From assembly GCA_965203355.1 (NCBI GenBank), contig OZ241889.1, positions 3,936,001 through 4,000,000 on the forward strand: a DNA stretch of 64,000 bases, written 5' to 3'. Under the pieces are notes generated by a model. It searched no databases and was not told the origin of the DNA. It saw only the letters and a program-made list of their open reading frames with translations. This stretch comes from Candidatus Latescibacterota bacterium. Its GTDB lineage: Bacteria > Latescibacterota > UBA2968 > UBA8231. Position 1 is the stretch's first letter. Each line of letters starts with the position of its first letter. Below are positions 26,967-36,449 of the stretch, piece after piece. The translations under genes and the position numbers were made by a program.

Positions 26967-27571
26967 ACAAAGGAGAGCAATTAGCTCGTCCCTTGTTTCT
27001 TCTGCACCCGCACCAAATCGCACGCTTTTTCTCCCATTTACTCAATCCCGCGCTGTTGGCACTCTTAGTCTTCGGCGTCCAAGCGCACGTGTTGGGCGAC
27101 TGGCTCGCCGGCTCGGTGGCGATCGGCATCTTCTCCTTGGTTCCCGGACTGTTACTCTGGTATTTGGTGCGCTCGGGCTATCTCGACAAAGCCTATACAG
27201 ACGACCGCAAAAAACGCGCTACTCTGCTCTTGCTGGGCGTCCTGTGCTATGCCTTGGGGAGTGCGGCCCTCTACGGGATCGGAGCCCCGCGCCTGATGCT
27301 GGTCACGGCCGCGTCCTGTGCCGTCAACGCGCTCTTGGTTTGGTGGATCAATCGCTCCTATAAGATCAGTATTCACGCGGCTGGTGTCGGCGGGGCAACC
27401 TGTGTATTGTTGATCAGCGTCGGCAGCGCGGCGTGGCCCTTCTTGTTCAGTTGGCCGACCGTCGCTTGGGCGCGGCTTTACTTGCGGGCACATACTCCCA
27501 TGCAGATCGGCGCGGGCGGTGCGCTGAGCGCGGGGAGTATGGCCCTGCTGTACCGTGTTTTCATCTGGTGA
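26951..27571 (+). CDS. PAP2-like membrane protein
   Basis: Hydrophobic, with KISIHAAG and WARLYLRAHTPMQIGAG motifs. Confidence 0.7.
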   Translation: MAKKINKGEQLARPLFLLHPHQIARFFSHLLNPALLALLVFGVQAHVLGDWLAGSVAIGIFSLVPGLLLWYLVRSGYLDKAYTDDRKKRATLLLLGVLCYALGSAALYGIGAPRLMLVTAASCAVNALLVWWINRSYKISIHAAGVGGATCVLLISVGSAAWPFLFSWPTVAWARLYLRAHTPMQIGAGGALSAGSMALLYRVFIW

Positions 27572-27580
27572 GTGCAGCAC

Positions 27581-29755
27581 ATGAACCAATCGTATAAGGG
27601 CTTTATAGATCGCCTGACCTACCACAACCCGGAAAACGGCTATACCATCGCGCGCTTAGTAATAGAGGGCCAGCGCGAGCGTATCGCCATTGTGGGGACG
27701 CTTGCCTCCATCCAAGAGGGCGAGAGCGTCGAAGTCGAAGGCGTGTGGACCAATCATCCCAAATACGGCAAACAGCTCAAGGTAGAGCACTATAAAGCCG
27801 TTTATCCCTCGACCCTTGAAGGTATGCAAAAGTACCTCGGGTCCGGTTTGATCAAAGGCATCGGGCCGCGGTCGGCCAAGCGCATTGTCGACCACTTTGG
27901 CGCGGAAACGATCGACATCATCGACGCGGATCCTCACCGGCTAGAGGAAGTCCCCAAGCTGGGCAAGAAGAAAGTCGAACTGATCGCCGAGGCCTGGGAT
28001 GAGCAGCGGCAAATCAAGGATGTGATGGTCTTTTTGCAATCGCACGGGATTACCACCGGCTACGCAGTGAAAATTTTCAAGACCTACGGCCAAGAGGCCA
28101 TCCAGAAGGTGCGCAGCGATCCCTATCGCCTAGAGCGCGATGTGGATGGGATCGGCTTCCGCATCGCCGACCGCATTGCCCAGCGCTTGGGCCTGGGCCA
28201 CGACGCACCCGAGCGCGTACAGGCCGGTATTCGCTACCTGCTCTCCGAAGCGACCGACGAAGGCCATGTGTACCTGCCGGCTGTCGAAATGATGGAACGG
28301 GCCGTCGAAATTTTGGCGATCGACGCCGAATCGCTGCCGCCAGCATTGGAGGCCCTGCGCGCCTCCGACGGCGTGGTCACCGAAGACTTGCGCTACTATC
28401 TGCCGCCACTCCACCGCGCCGAAGTGGGCACCGCATCGTCGCTAAAGCGGCTTCTACAAGCACCGGCCGAAGAATTGGCTGTGCCCGCAGAAGCAGAAGA
28501 CGAGCTGGAATTGGCTCCGGCGCAAAGACAGGCCGTGGAACTAGTGGCCACCAGCAAGGTACTGGTGCTGACCGGCGGTCCGGGTACGGGCAAGACCACG
28601 GTCACTCGGCGCATCTTGCGCCTGTTGGAGGAAGGTGGCCTCAAGGTCGCGCTGTGCTCGCCTACGGGCCGCGCCGCCAAGCGGCTGAGCGAGGCCAGCG
28701 GGCGCGGGGCCAAGACCATTCATCGGCTGCTCGGATTTCAGCCGGGCGAGCGGCAATTCAAAAAGGGCTACGACGACCGCCTCGAAATCGACGCGCTGAT
28801 CGTCGATGAGGCTTCCATGATCGACGTGGTACTGATGAACGCGCTCCTGCGCGCCCTACCCGATCACGCTCGGCTGGTGCTAGTCGGCGACATTGACCAA
28901 CTGCCCTCGGTGGGGCCGGGCAACATGCTCCGCGACATCATCGACTCTGCTGAAGTGCCGGTGGTGCGTCTGACGCAGATTTTTCGCCAAGCGCAAAGAA
29001 GCCACATCATCCGCAACGCGCACCGCATCAACAGCGGCGAAATGCCTATCGTCGAGAACCAAGCGGACGCGGATTTCTACTTCATCCAAGCAGGTGACCC
29101 AGAGCGGGTGGTCGAGTTGGTGGAGGAGTTGTGCGCCACGCGGCTACCCAGCTATCGGCGATGGGACCGGCGCAACGACATCCAAGTGCTTGCGCCCATG
29201 TACCGCGGCGAAACTGGCGCACTCAACCTCAACCAGCGGCTGCAACAGCGCCTCAACCCGCACGGCCAAGCACATGGCCATCGCGGGGCTGAGTTCCGGG
29301 TGGGCGACAAGGTCATGCAGGTCAAAAACAACTACGACAAGGGCGTTTTTAACGGCGACATCGGCGCGATCGAGCGGCTCGACGCAGAAAAGCAGCTACT
29401 CTACGTGCGCTTTGACCACACTTTGGAATACGATCAAGTCGATCTCGACCAGCTAACCCTCGCCTACGCCATCAGCATCCACCGCTCTCAAGGCTCGGAA
29501 TTCCCCGTGGTGGTGCTGCCGCTGACGACGCAGCACTACGTGATGCTTCAGCGCAACCTGCTCTACACGGCGATTACCCGCGCCAAGCAAATGGTCGTCA
29601 TCGTCGGTACCCTCAAGGCCCTCAAGCTGGCCATTGCCAACGATAAGGTCGCCCAGCGCTATACCACGCTCAAGGAGCGGCTGCGCGGCGAGGTCGGTAC
29701 GGTGATGGAAGCGGGGCAAGCCATCCCATTGGAATCAACACTGCCGAGCGATTGA
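27581..29755 (+). CDS. recD2: ATP-dependent RecD2 helicase
   Basis: YLGSGLIKGIG, GGPGTGKT, SPTGRAAKR, DEASMID, GDIDQLPSVGPG, AYAISIHRSQGSEF and LYTAITRAK. Confidence 0.96.
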   Translation: MNQSYKGFIDRLTYHNPENGYTIARLVIEGQRERIAIVGTLASIQEGESVEVEGVWTNHPKYGKQLKVEHYKAVYPSTLEGMQKYLGSGLIKGIGPRSAKRIVDHFGAETIDIIDADPHRLEEVPKLGKKKVELIAEAWDEQRQIKDVMVFLQSHGITTGYAVKIFKTYGQEAIQKVRSDPYRLERDVDGIGFRIADRIAQRLGLGHDAPERVQAGIRYLLSEATDEGHVYLPAVEMMERAVEILAIDAESLPPALEALRASDGVVTEDLRYYLPPLHRAEVGTASSLKRLLQAPAEELAVPAEAEDELELAPAQRQAVELVATSKVLVLTGGPGTGKTTVTRRILRLLEEGGLKVALCSPTGRAAKRLSEASGRGAKTIHRLLGFQPGERQFKKGYDDRLEIDALIVDEASMIDVVLMNALLRALPDHARLVLVGDIDQLPSVGPGNMLRDIIDSAEVPVVRLTQIFRQAQRSHIIRNAHRINSGEMPIVENQADADFYFIQAGDPERVVELVEELCATRLPSYRRWDRRNDIQVLAPMYRGETGALNLNQRLQQRLNPHGQAHGHRGAEFRVGDKVMQVKNNYDKGVFNGDIGAIERLDAEKQLLYVRFDHTLEYDQVDLDQLTLAYAISIHRSQGSEFPVVVLPLTTQHYVMLQRNLLYTAITRAKQMVVIVGTLKALKLAIANDKVAQRYTTLKERLRGEVGTVMEAGQAIPLESTLPSD

Positions 29756-29758
29756 TTC
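29715..29758. repeat. 44-bp imperfect direct repeat, copy 1 (overlaps recD2 3' end)
   Basis: ggcaagccatcccattggaatcaacactgccgagcgattgattc; 39/44 identical to 30827-30870. Confidence 0.85.
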
Positions 29759-29831
29759 CACAAACTATCATCTCCACAGCTAGTCCGATATTGGATGGTC
29801 GCCGGCGTTGGTTGTGCAGTTGTAGCCATAC

Positions 29832-30602
29832 CTAGGCATCTTCTGCGACGAGGAGCGTATGCACCCCGGTCTCGTCCCCTCTTTGCTGGTCTTGCGGTTG
29901 GATGCGACAGCCGACCACCACCGCCAATGTATCCTGTAAAAAAACTGCGCTCAGGGCATCAGCCGCCTGCCGGGCCCGTTCCAAGTCGCGTTGGCTGATG
30001 GCGTTGGACACCTCCACGGCTACCCACACCGACGTGCGGTTCACCTGGTGCTGGGCCCGGATGATCAGGTCGGTCGCATTAATGCGCGTTTCTTGCCCGT
30101 CGTCAATGACTCCCCTATCAAAGGCTTCTTCCACCGGATCAAACAATTCTGGATGGGTATCTTGGACTGGACTTTGCAGAACCTGCGCCCGACGCAAGCC
30201 CAGCCGTTGGCTGAGCAGCGGTCGAATCCGCCGATAGATCTTCACTTCCAAACTGTCGCCTTTGAGTGCAGCCACATCCGTCTTGAGGACGGCCACATCT
30301 GTCTTGAGGACAGCCACATCCGTCTTGAGGACGGCCACATCTGTCTTGAGGACGGCCACATCTGTCTTGAGGACAGCCACATCTGTCTTGAGGACGGCCA
30401 CATCTGTCTTGAGGACAGCCACATCTGTCTTGAGGACAGCCACATCGGCCTCTATGCGCTCCAAGCGAATGGGCATGCCGAGGAACTCGTTAGTCAACAA
30501 GGCTCGCAACAACAAGGTCTGGGCTTCGGGGTCGGCTTGTAACTCAGCGATGATGCGATCGACCAAGGACTCGGAATCACGGAAAGAGGATGTCGTAGTC
30601 AT
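29832..30602 (-). CDS. Heptad-repeat coiled-coil protein with a PD-(D/E)xK-like C-terminal domain
   Basis: (VAVLKTD)x8, then DLIIRA...WVAVEVS. Confidence 0.72.
   Translation of the reverse strand: MTTTSSFRDSESLVDRIIAELQADPEAQTLLLRALLTNEFLGMPIRLERIEADVAVLKTDVAVLKTDVAVLKTDVAVLKTDVAVLKTDVAVLKTDVAVLKTDVAVLKTDVAALKGDSLEVKIYRRIRPLLSQRLGLRRAQVLQSPVQDTHPELFDPVEEAFDRGVIDDGQETRINATDLIIRAQHQVNRTSVWVAVEVSNAISQRDLERARQAADALSAVFLQDTLAVVVGCRIQPQDQQRGDETGVHTLLVAEDA
30271..30446. repeat. 21-bp intragenic tandem repeat, ~8.4 units
   Basis: gccacatc(t/c)gtcttgaggac(a/g) repeated 8 times, varying only at synonymous sites. Confidence 0.97.
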
Positions 30603-30826
30603 AGTCTATTGCTACTACATAGTTGGTGGACTCTGTACTCGACCACGAGGCTCAAGGTAGTACAGATGAAAAATAATATAAATAAAGCACGAAGCCTCTA
30701 CCAAGGGTAAAGCAATATACGTGCCAGCCCTGACAGTCTGGTAGAAAGAGCTTGCGGTCAGTGCCCAGTGTATCAGGAAGCACACACCGCTGGGTTGTTT
30801 AAGTGCTACTCCGGCTACCCCGGAGA

Positions 30827-30870
30827 GGCAAGCTATCCCATTGGAATCAACGCGGCCGAGCACTTGATTC
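30827..30870. repeat. 44-bp imperfect direct repeat, copy 2
   Basis: ggcaagctatcccattggaatcaacgcggccgagcacttgattc. Confidence 0.85.
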
Positions 30871-30881
30871 GCAGTAACCAC

Positions 30882-33800
30882 TCAAGCGACTGAAACCTTA
30901 TCGCCCTCAACCGTTACGGTGCCGTCCTGCACCAGCTTTCTCAGTGCGGATCCTACCTTCTGATTCGCCTTGGCCGTTACGCGGCGAAAGCCCATCAGCG
31001 ATAGAGCCTCAGAAATGGCTTCCTCTTCAGACATGCTAAAGGCCGCGTGGATTGCCGTGAACAGGGCCTCGCGAATTTCCTCGTCGGGCACCAGCTCGAT
31101 TTTTTTAACGGTGGGCGGCATATCCGAGCGGTCGCGCACCCGTACAGGCTTATCGCTATTGGCAAATAGGAAGTCGCCTTCTAAGTAGAGGAATCCATTC
31201 CCTTGACCGTACTCGGCGGCTCGTTTTATATGCGCTAGCATTCGCGAACCCACGCGGGCAAAACCGGCTGACTCAGCCAATCGCCGCGCCGCCTCTGTCA
31301 AGTGAACGGGGCCTTCAATGTCAACTACCTTGCGCATGGCTTGAGCGACATTGTTTAATGGCAACTCGTGGATCTCAGCGAAATTAGCCATGCCCAAATC
31401 GCCGGTGGCCAACACATAGGCATCGGCCTGCAAGTTGTTTTCCGTCAGCTCGTCGCGCTCGATGCACTTAGACGGCTCGGCGACGCGGGGTTTTTCTTCC
31501 GAATGCAACGCTTGCTCAATAGCCTCTTTGAGGCGCACGCTTTCTCTATGGGGACCCCGGAACCAGTCGGTACTCCAAATGCGATGGAAACGCCAGCCCA
31601 AGCCCTCTAGTACGCTTTGGCGCAAACGGTCGCGGTCGCGGGCCGTTGCCGAGCTGTGATAACTCGCACCGTCGCACTCTACGGCTAAAACATAGCGACC
31701 GGGCTTTTCAGGGTCGCGCACGGCAATGTCAATATAGAAGCCGGCCGAACCCACTTGCGGCTCAATGTCATAGCCGAGTTGGCGAATGGCGTCGCTGACG
31801 GCCTCTTCAAACGGTGAGTCCGTCTCCTTTCCGGTTTCGTGGCGATGATCTAATTCACCGGTCTGCGCGTAGTGCAAGAAGCTCTTTAAGGCGCGAACCC
31901 CAAACGGCGAATCGCGCTCGGTTTTGATGTCGTCCGCCGTAAAATTGCTAAAGACCTCCATCGCCAAGCGCGCGCGCGTGATCAACACATTCAAGCGACG
32001 CTCACCGCCCTCGCGGTTCACTGGACCAAAACCCCTGCTCACGTTGCCGGCAGCCGTACGGCCATAGCCAACGCTGATAAAAATCACATCGCGCTCATCC
32101 CCCTGCACGTTCTCCAAGTTTTTTACAAAAAAGCCTTCTAATCGGCCCGTAGTGAAAAATTCCTCACAACTCGGATCGAGACGCCGCAATCGCTCAATTT
32201 CCAGCAAAATGCGATCGCGCTGAGCCGTCGAAAAAGCAACCACTCCCAAGGTTATATCCGGGTGCGCTTTGGCGTGTCGCATAACCGCCTCGGCTACGTC
32301 GCATGCCTCAATCGGGTTCGTGCGCGAACTACCGCGCTCGTACACGGATTCGGGCAGATGGTTAAATGTCAAGCCCTTGGCGTAGGGATTCACTCCGGGG
32401 CTGGGGAAGATCATCAGGTGGCCATCGTAAAACTCCCGATTGGAAACGGCAATCAGGGAATCGTGTCGGCTCCGATAGTGCCAGCGCAACATGGACTCCG
32501 CTGCCCCTTGCGACAAGAACATACTCAAAATGCTCTCAATGTCGGCGGTCTGACTTTCTTCGTCGTCTAGCTCCAAGGCTTTATTAAAGAAGTCTGTCGG
32601 CGGCATCTGGCGCGTGTCCCCAACCACCACAACCTGTTTGCCGCGCAGAATCGGGCCGATTGCATCTACTACTTTCACTTGACTGGCTTCGTCAAATACC
32701 ACCAAATCAAAGTCCAGCACCCCCTGCTCCAAGTAAGTCGCTACCGACATAGGGCTCATCATAAACACGGGTTTTATTTGTTGAATCGCCCGGCCGGCTT
32801 GGGTGATTAGCCGACGAATCGGCATGTGGCGGCGCTTCTTGTTTACCTCGCGGCGAATAATCGCCATCTCGCCCGCAGCGTTGGCCACCGGCAAGCTGTG
32901 GTAGTGTTTCAAGACCAACTCTTCTTGGGCGTGATACAATAGATCTTCATCTAAGCGTCTAAATTCAGCGATGGCGTTTTCATGGCCGAGCCGATTGAAC
33001 CGCTTGAGCGTCTCACTTTTGTTATACGCCTCATTCACCAAGCCCTCGTAATAGGCTTTCTTCAGGGAGGTCAGCAACAACGCTGGTGGCCATGTCCAGT
33101 CGTAAGACAATCGGTCGATCTGTGCCAATTCACTGGCGCAAAGTTTTTTTCTCAGGTGGTTATAACGCGCCATCGGCTCTAGCGTATCGATTCGGTCGCG
33201 CCAACGATTGAGCTCGTCTTTCATTGCCTCCAAGGGTTGCTCTTCAATGGCTCGCGCTACCATCCCCAAACGCTGGCTCACCTCGTCAACCAGCTCTCGC
33301 AGTTCGCCAGCGCTGCACTCAAGCATCTCCAATGGCTCCTCGCGACCTTTGAGTTTTCCGCCGCTCTCCAAGAATTTTAGCAAGCCTTCCGGCAACGCGC
33401 CCTCGCCCACTTCTTTGTGCAACTCGGCGATCCAAGCACTAAGTACCTTCAGTGAACTCCAATCGCTACGCAGCCCTTTCCATTGTGTCCCCAACAGGCT
33501 TTTGCCCAAACACTCGTGCTCGGTGTATAGCTCGCGCAGAGCTTGGTATCTGAGAATGTCGTCGATGAGTTCCACGCATGCTTCCGCACTGGCTGGCAGT
33601 TCGCCTCTCACCAAACCTTGTAGAGTGCGTTGGGCCCGGCGGAAACTGGGAAAGATAAAACGCCACCAGTGCCGGCCCGTAGTAGCCCAGGCTTGGCGCA
33701 CACTCAACAGATTGGCTCGCCAAGCCTGCTCGATCAACTGCTCGCGCCGTTTGTCTTGCAACGCTGCAATCTCTTCGCCGGCTTGGATCAGAGCCTCAAT

Positions 33801-35516
33801 TTGCTCAGCGCGGAGTTTCCAGTCCGCAGCGGTTATCTGTACTCCCGCCAAGGGCGGCGCATTCAGCACGCGCGCGCCAGCGCGGCAAACGATCCGCACG
33901 GCGGCGAGGCTTGCTGGGCTATCCAGACCCATCTCTTCGGACAGGGTGGCAGCCAATTTCCAGCAGTCGTTGAGCGATGCGAGTGCTTTAGTCAAGCAAG
34001 TAACCACCTCGTTTTGCTCAATCGGCGAGATGTGCTCTAGCGTTGACTGGGCAAAAGGATTCTGGGCCGGAGTGCCCATCGCCTCTAAGTGTTCAACCAA
34101 TTCGCGCACATTCGCGCACGCGTTTGTAAAGGCATCCTCGTCCCAATGGCGGAACTCGGCAAAATCCAATACCGGCAGTTCGCGCTCACCGGCTTCTTCT
34201 CTCAGCTTCAGGAGGTGCCCTTGGGCATTTATATAGCTCGTTCCCGAAGTCAGAATGGGGCGGTTCACCTCTTGGCAATACGCATCGAGCTGTTCGCGTA
34301 ACTGGGTGTGGCGACGCTTTTTGGCTGTGTGATTCTCCACGACCGGCGGACCGAGCTCCAACGTGTGCCTCAGTTCTTGCAAAACGGCACTTTTATTGCT
34401 CTTATGGCTGTGAAGTTCCAAGACGGCATCGCCCAAGTGGCATTCGTCAAGGCGGCGTTTTACCACTTCCAAAGCAGCCATTTTCTCGGCTACAAAGAGT
34501 ACGGTTTTTTCGTCGGCCAGAGCCTCGGCGATAATGTTGGTAATGGTCTGCGATTTACCCGTGCCCGGCGGGCCTTGAATTACTAGGTTGGCACCTTGCT
34601 TCACCGCCATAACGGCTCGCGTTTGGCTGGAATCCGCATCCAACACAAAGTGGAGATCTGTGGGATCGAGCAACGCGGAGGATGTATCTTCACTCGACGT
34701 TGAGAGCAATCCATCGCCGCCGCCAAATCCGCCACCGAGCAACTTTTGCATCACCTTGTGGTCGTGGGGTTTGCGATCTTCGGGCCAATTGTCCGGGTCT
34801 AAATCCTGATACATCTGAAACTTGCCAAAAGAAAAAAAACCAAGCGCAATCTCATCGGCCTGCACCTGCCAGCATGGCTGGTGAGCCACGCTATCGGCCA
34901 CTTCTTTTAAGTACCCATCAACATCCAGCTCTTCTCCGAACTCCGGCAGCGTTATCTCGAACTCGCTTTTCAATTTGTTAGCAAGCGTCAAATTCGGGCC
35001 AAGATCGGCCTGAGTGTACGCTACCTTGTAGCACGCTCTCGCACTGCCGCGTTCCAAAGCAACCGGCACCAATACGAGCGGTGCTTTGCGGGGCACGGAA
35101 GAATTTTCATGTTCAAACCAAGTCAAGAAGCCCAAGGCCAAGTGTAGTAGATCAACGCCCTGCTCTTGGTAGTAGCCCTCGGCCTCTGTGCTGATCTTCA
35201 GTAGGTTTTTGTCCAGCGCATCCGCGGTGAGTTTGGTTTGCAGGCGCTTGTCGGTATGGCGACGATCTGCGTCCTGGTCTGCCAAAATTTGGCGTAGCGC
35301 TTGCGGCGCGCTTTCGTCCTCCAGCGGCTCGGGCACCGAAATAAATGCCATGGGCTTTTGCTCAGCGACCAATATCCGAAACACCGCTCTCGACTTCTCG
35401 CCGATCACTTCAAGTGTTTTCGCGCCGTGCCGAAAGTTGAGCAGCGTATTGCCGCGCAGGCCCATATCCAATAATTCCGCCCGGCTGACTTCCAGTTTCT
35501 CTGCCAAAAATTGCAT
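30882..35516 (-). CDS. DUF4011-SF1 (Upf1-like) helicase-Vsr-like nuclease-DUF3320 protein (Hhe-like defence candidate)
   Basis: LLDMGLRGNTLLNF, QGPPGTGKSQTITN, PVFMMSPMSVA, FDEASQ, WHYRSRH, NLENVQGDERD, DSPFEEAV, VECDGASYHS..ARDRDRLRQ, RIWSTDW and VVDIEGPVH. Confidence 0.88.
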   Translation of the reverse strand: MQFLAEKLEVSRAELLDMGLRGNTLLNFRHGAKTLEVIGEKSRAVFRILVAEQKPMAFISVPEPLEDESAPQALRQILADQDADRRHTDKRLQTKLTADALDKNLLKISTEAEGYYQEQGVDLLHLALGFLTWFEHENSSVPRKAPLVLVPVALERGSARACYKVAYTQADLGPNLTLANKLKSEFEITLPEFGEELDVDGYLKEVADSVAHQPCWQVQADEIALGFFSFGKFQMYQDLDPDNWPEDRKPHDHKVMQKLLGGGFGGGDGLLSTSSEDTSSALLDPTDLHFVLDADSSQTRAVMAVKQGANLVIQGPPGTGKSQTITNIIAEALADEKTVLFVAEKMAALEVVKRRLDECHLGDAVLELHSHKSNKSAVLQELRHTLELGPPVVENHTAKKRRHTQLREQLDAYCQEVNRPILTSGTSYINAQGHLLKLREEAGERELPVLDFAEFRHWDEDAFTNACANVRELVEHLEAMGTPAQNPFAQSTLEHISPIEQNEVVTCLTKALASLNDCWKLAATLSEEMGLDSPASLAAVRIVCRAGARVLNAPPLAGVQITAADWKLRAEQIEALIQAGEEIAALQDKRREQLIEQAWRANLLSVRQAWATTGRHWWRFIFPSFRRAQRTLQGLVRGELPASAEACVELIDDILRYQALRELYTEHECLGKSLLGTQWKGLRSDWSSLKVLSAWIAELHKEVGEGALPEGLLKFLESGGKLKGREEPLEMLECSAGELRELVDEVSQRLGMVARAIEEQPLEAMKDELNRWRDRIDTLEPMARYNHLRKKLCASELAQIDRLSYDWTWPPALLLTSLKKAYYEGLVNEAYNKSETLKRFNRLGHENAIAEFRRLDEDLLYHAQEELVLKHYHSLPVANAAGEMAIIRREVNKKRRHMPIRRLITQAGRAIQQIKPVFMMSPMSVATYLEQGVLDFDLVVFDEASQVKVVDAIGPILRGKQVVVVGDTRQMPPTDFFNKALELDDEESQTADIESILSMFLSQGAAESMLRWHYRSRHDSLIAVSNREFYDGHLMIFPSPGVNPYAKGLTFNHLPESVYERGSSRTNPIEACDVAEAVMRHAKAHPDITLGVVAFSTAQRDRILLEIERLRRLDPSCEEFFTTGRLEGFFVKNLENVQGDERDVIFISVGYGRTAAGNVSRGFGPVNREGGERRLNVLITRARLAMEVFSNFTADDIKTERDSPFGVRALKSFLHYAQTGELDHRHETGKETDSPFEEAVSDAIRQLGYDIEPQVGSAGFYIDIAVRDPEKPGRYVLAVECDGASYHSSATARDRDRLRQSVLEGLGWRFHRIWSTDWFRGPHRESVRLKEAIEQALHSEEKPRVAEPSKCIERDELTENNLQADAYVLATGDLGMANFAEIHELPLNNVAQAMRKVVDIEGPVHLTEAARRLAESAGFARVGSRMLAHIKRAAEYGQGNGFLYLEGDFLFANSDKPVRVRDRSDMPPTVKKIELVPDEEIREALFTAIHAAFSMSEEEAISEALSLMGFRRVTAKANQKVGSALRKLVQDGTVTVEGDKVSVA

Positions 35517-35519
35517 ACG

Positions 35520-36251
35520 TCAAGCCCTGCCGTCGCGCAGCAGCCAGCGCACGGCGTTTTTCTGCAACTTCTCGTAGGCTGGGTTCCACAGCACAGGGAT
35601 GGTGTGCCCTGGTGATAAATAGCACACGCGACCCGCACCATAATCGTACGCCCAAGCCGCCTCGCACGTGGTACCCAAGTCCTGCCAAGTGTGCCCGTCG
35701 TCATTGACGCTGACGGCCAAAACATGGGCTGGGTCCTTGTCGTACTGCATGAAGTGCTGCTCATCCTCGACGACAAAGTCTTCCACGCCGCGCGTGATGG
35801 GGTGATCGGCGCACGTGATGTGTACGCGGTAGGGACGCACCGGCGGGTGGCCCTGTGTAGCAGCACCTAACACGTGGCGAAAGTCGCTGCTGCCCGGAGC
35901 GATGTACGTGGAATTGTGATAGAAAAGGGCCGCTCCACCTGCCTCCACAAAGCTCCGCACGGCGCGACCTTGAGCCTCGGTAATCCACTGCACGGGACGC
36001 GCTTCCTCGGCCTCGACGGGCGGCTTGCTGACGGACGCAGCCTCTATGCCGTAGCCATTGGGCCAAATCATGCCGTCGCGGAAGACGATCAGCAGCCGGT
36101 AGCTCGACAGATGTTGGGCGTTGAGCAGGGTGATTTCGTCGGTAAAGTCAATGGATAATCCCATGCCTTGGACCAAGGTGCGGCTCAAAGCTGTGCGGAT
36201 GTAATCAGACGTGTGATAGCGGTCGCCCACTAGGGCAAAGGCCGTAGCCAT
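35520..36251 (-). CDS. ThuA-like (class I glutamine amidotransferase fold) protein
   Basis: FVEAGGAALFYH, DHPITRGVEDF..EDEQH, WAYDYGAGRVCYLSPGH. Confidence 0.85.
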   Translation of the reverse strand: MATAFALVGDRYHTSDYIRTALSRTLVQGMGLSIDFTDEITLLNAQHLSSYRLLIVFRDGMIWPNGYGIEAASVSKPPVEAEEARPVQWITEAQGRAVRSFVEAGGAALFYHNSTYIAPGSSDFRHVLGAATQGHPPVRPYRVHITCADHPITRGVEDFVVEDEQHFMQYDKDPAHVLAVSVNDDGHTWQDLGTTCEAAWAYDYGAGRVCYLSPGHTIPVLWNPAYEKLQKNAVRWLLRDGRA

Positions 36252-36307
36252 GAATCATCTCCTCCGTGAATTTTGCGCTTGCAATGGGCGGCAGGCCCGC
36301 CGCCTTA

Positions 36308-36449
36308 GAAGCGTTTTTAAGATTCCTCTTATGGCCCTTTGCGTCAAAAAAGAACCTAGTAGCAATGGAGTCTCGCCCGCGGAAAACGCTCGACCTGGAA
36401 GCCGCTCGACCGCCTTTGCAGCGGTCGACGAGAGGTTTAAAAACGCTTC
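36308..36449. mobile_element. MITE-like element, copy 1
   Basis: Terminal inverted repeats gaagcgtttttaa...ttaaaaacgcttc flanked by TTA/TTA; homologous inverted copy at 59095-59238. Confidence 0.82.

Noticed and set aside
16456-27571. RiPP or PQQ biosynthetic cluster, suggested by PqqD and a peptidase-like domain
   Set aside because: No precursor ORF, radical SAM or other maturase, and no pqqBCE; the peptidase catalytic residues are substituted
30271-30446. Possible CRISPR array
   Set aside because: The units are contiguous 21-mers without unique spacers, lie in frame inside a CDS, and no cas genes are present
33208-34236. 342-aa plus-strand ORF
   Set aside because: Antisense shadow of the helicase gene, Ser/Arg-rich, with no motifs
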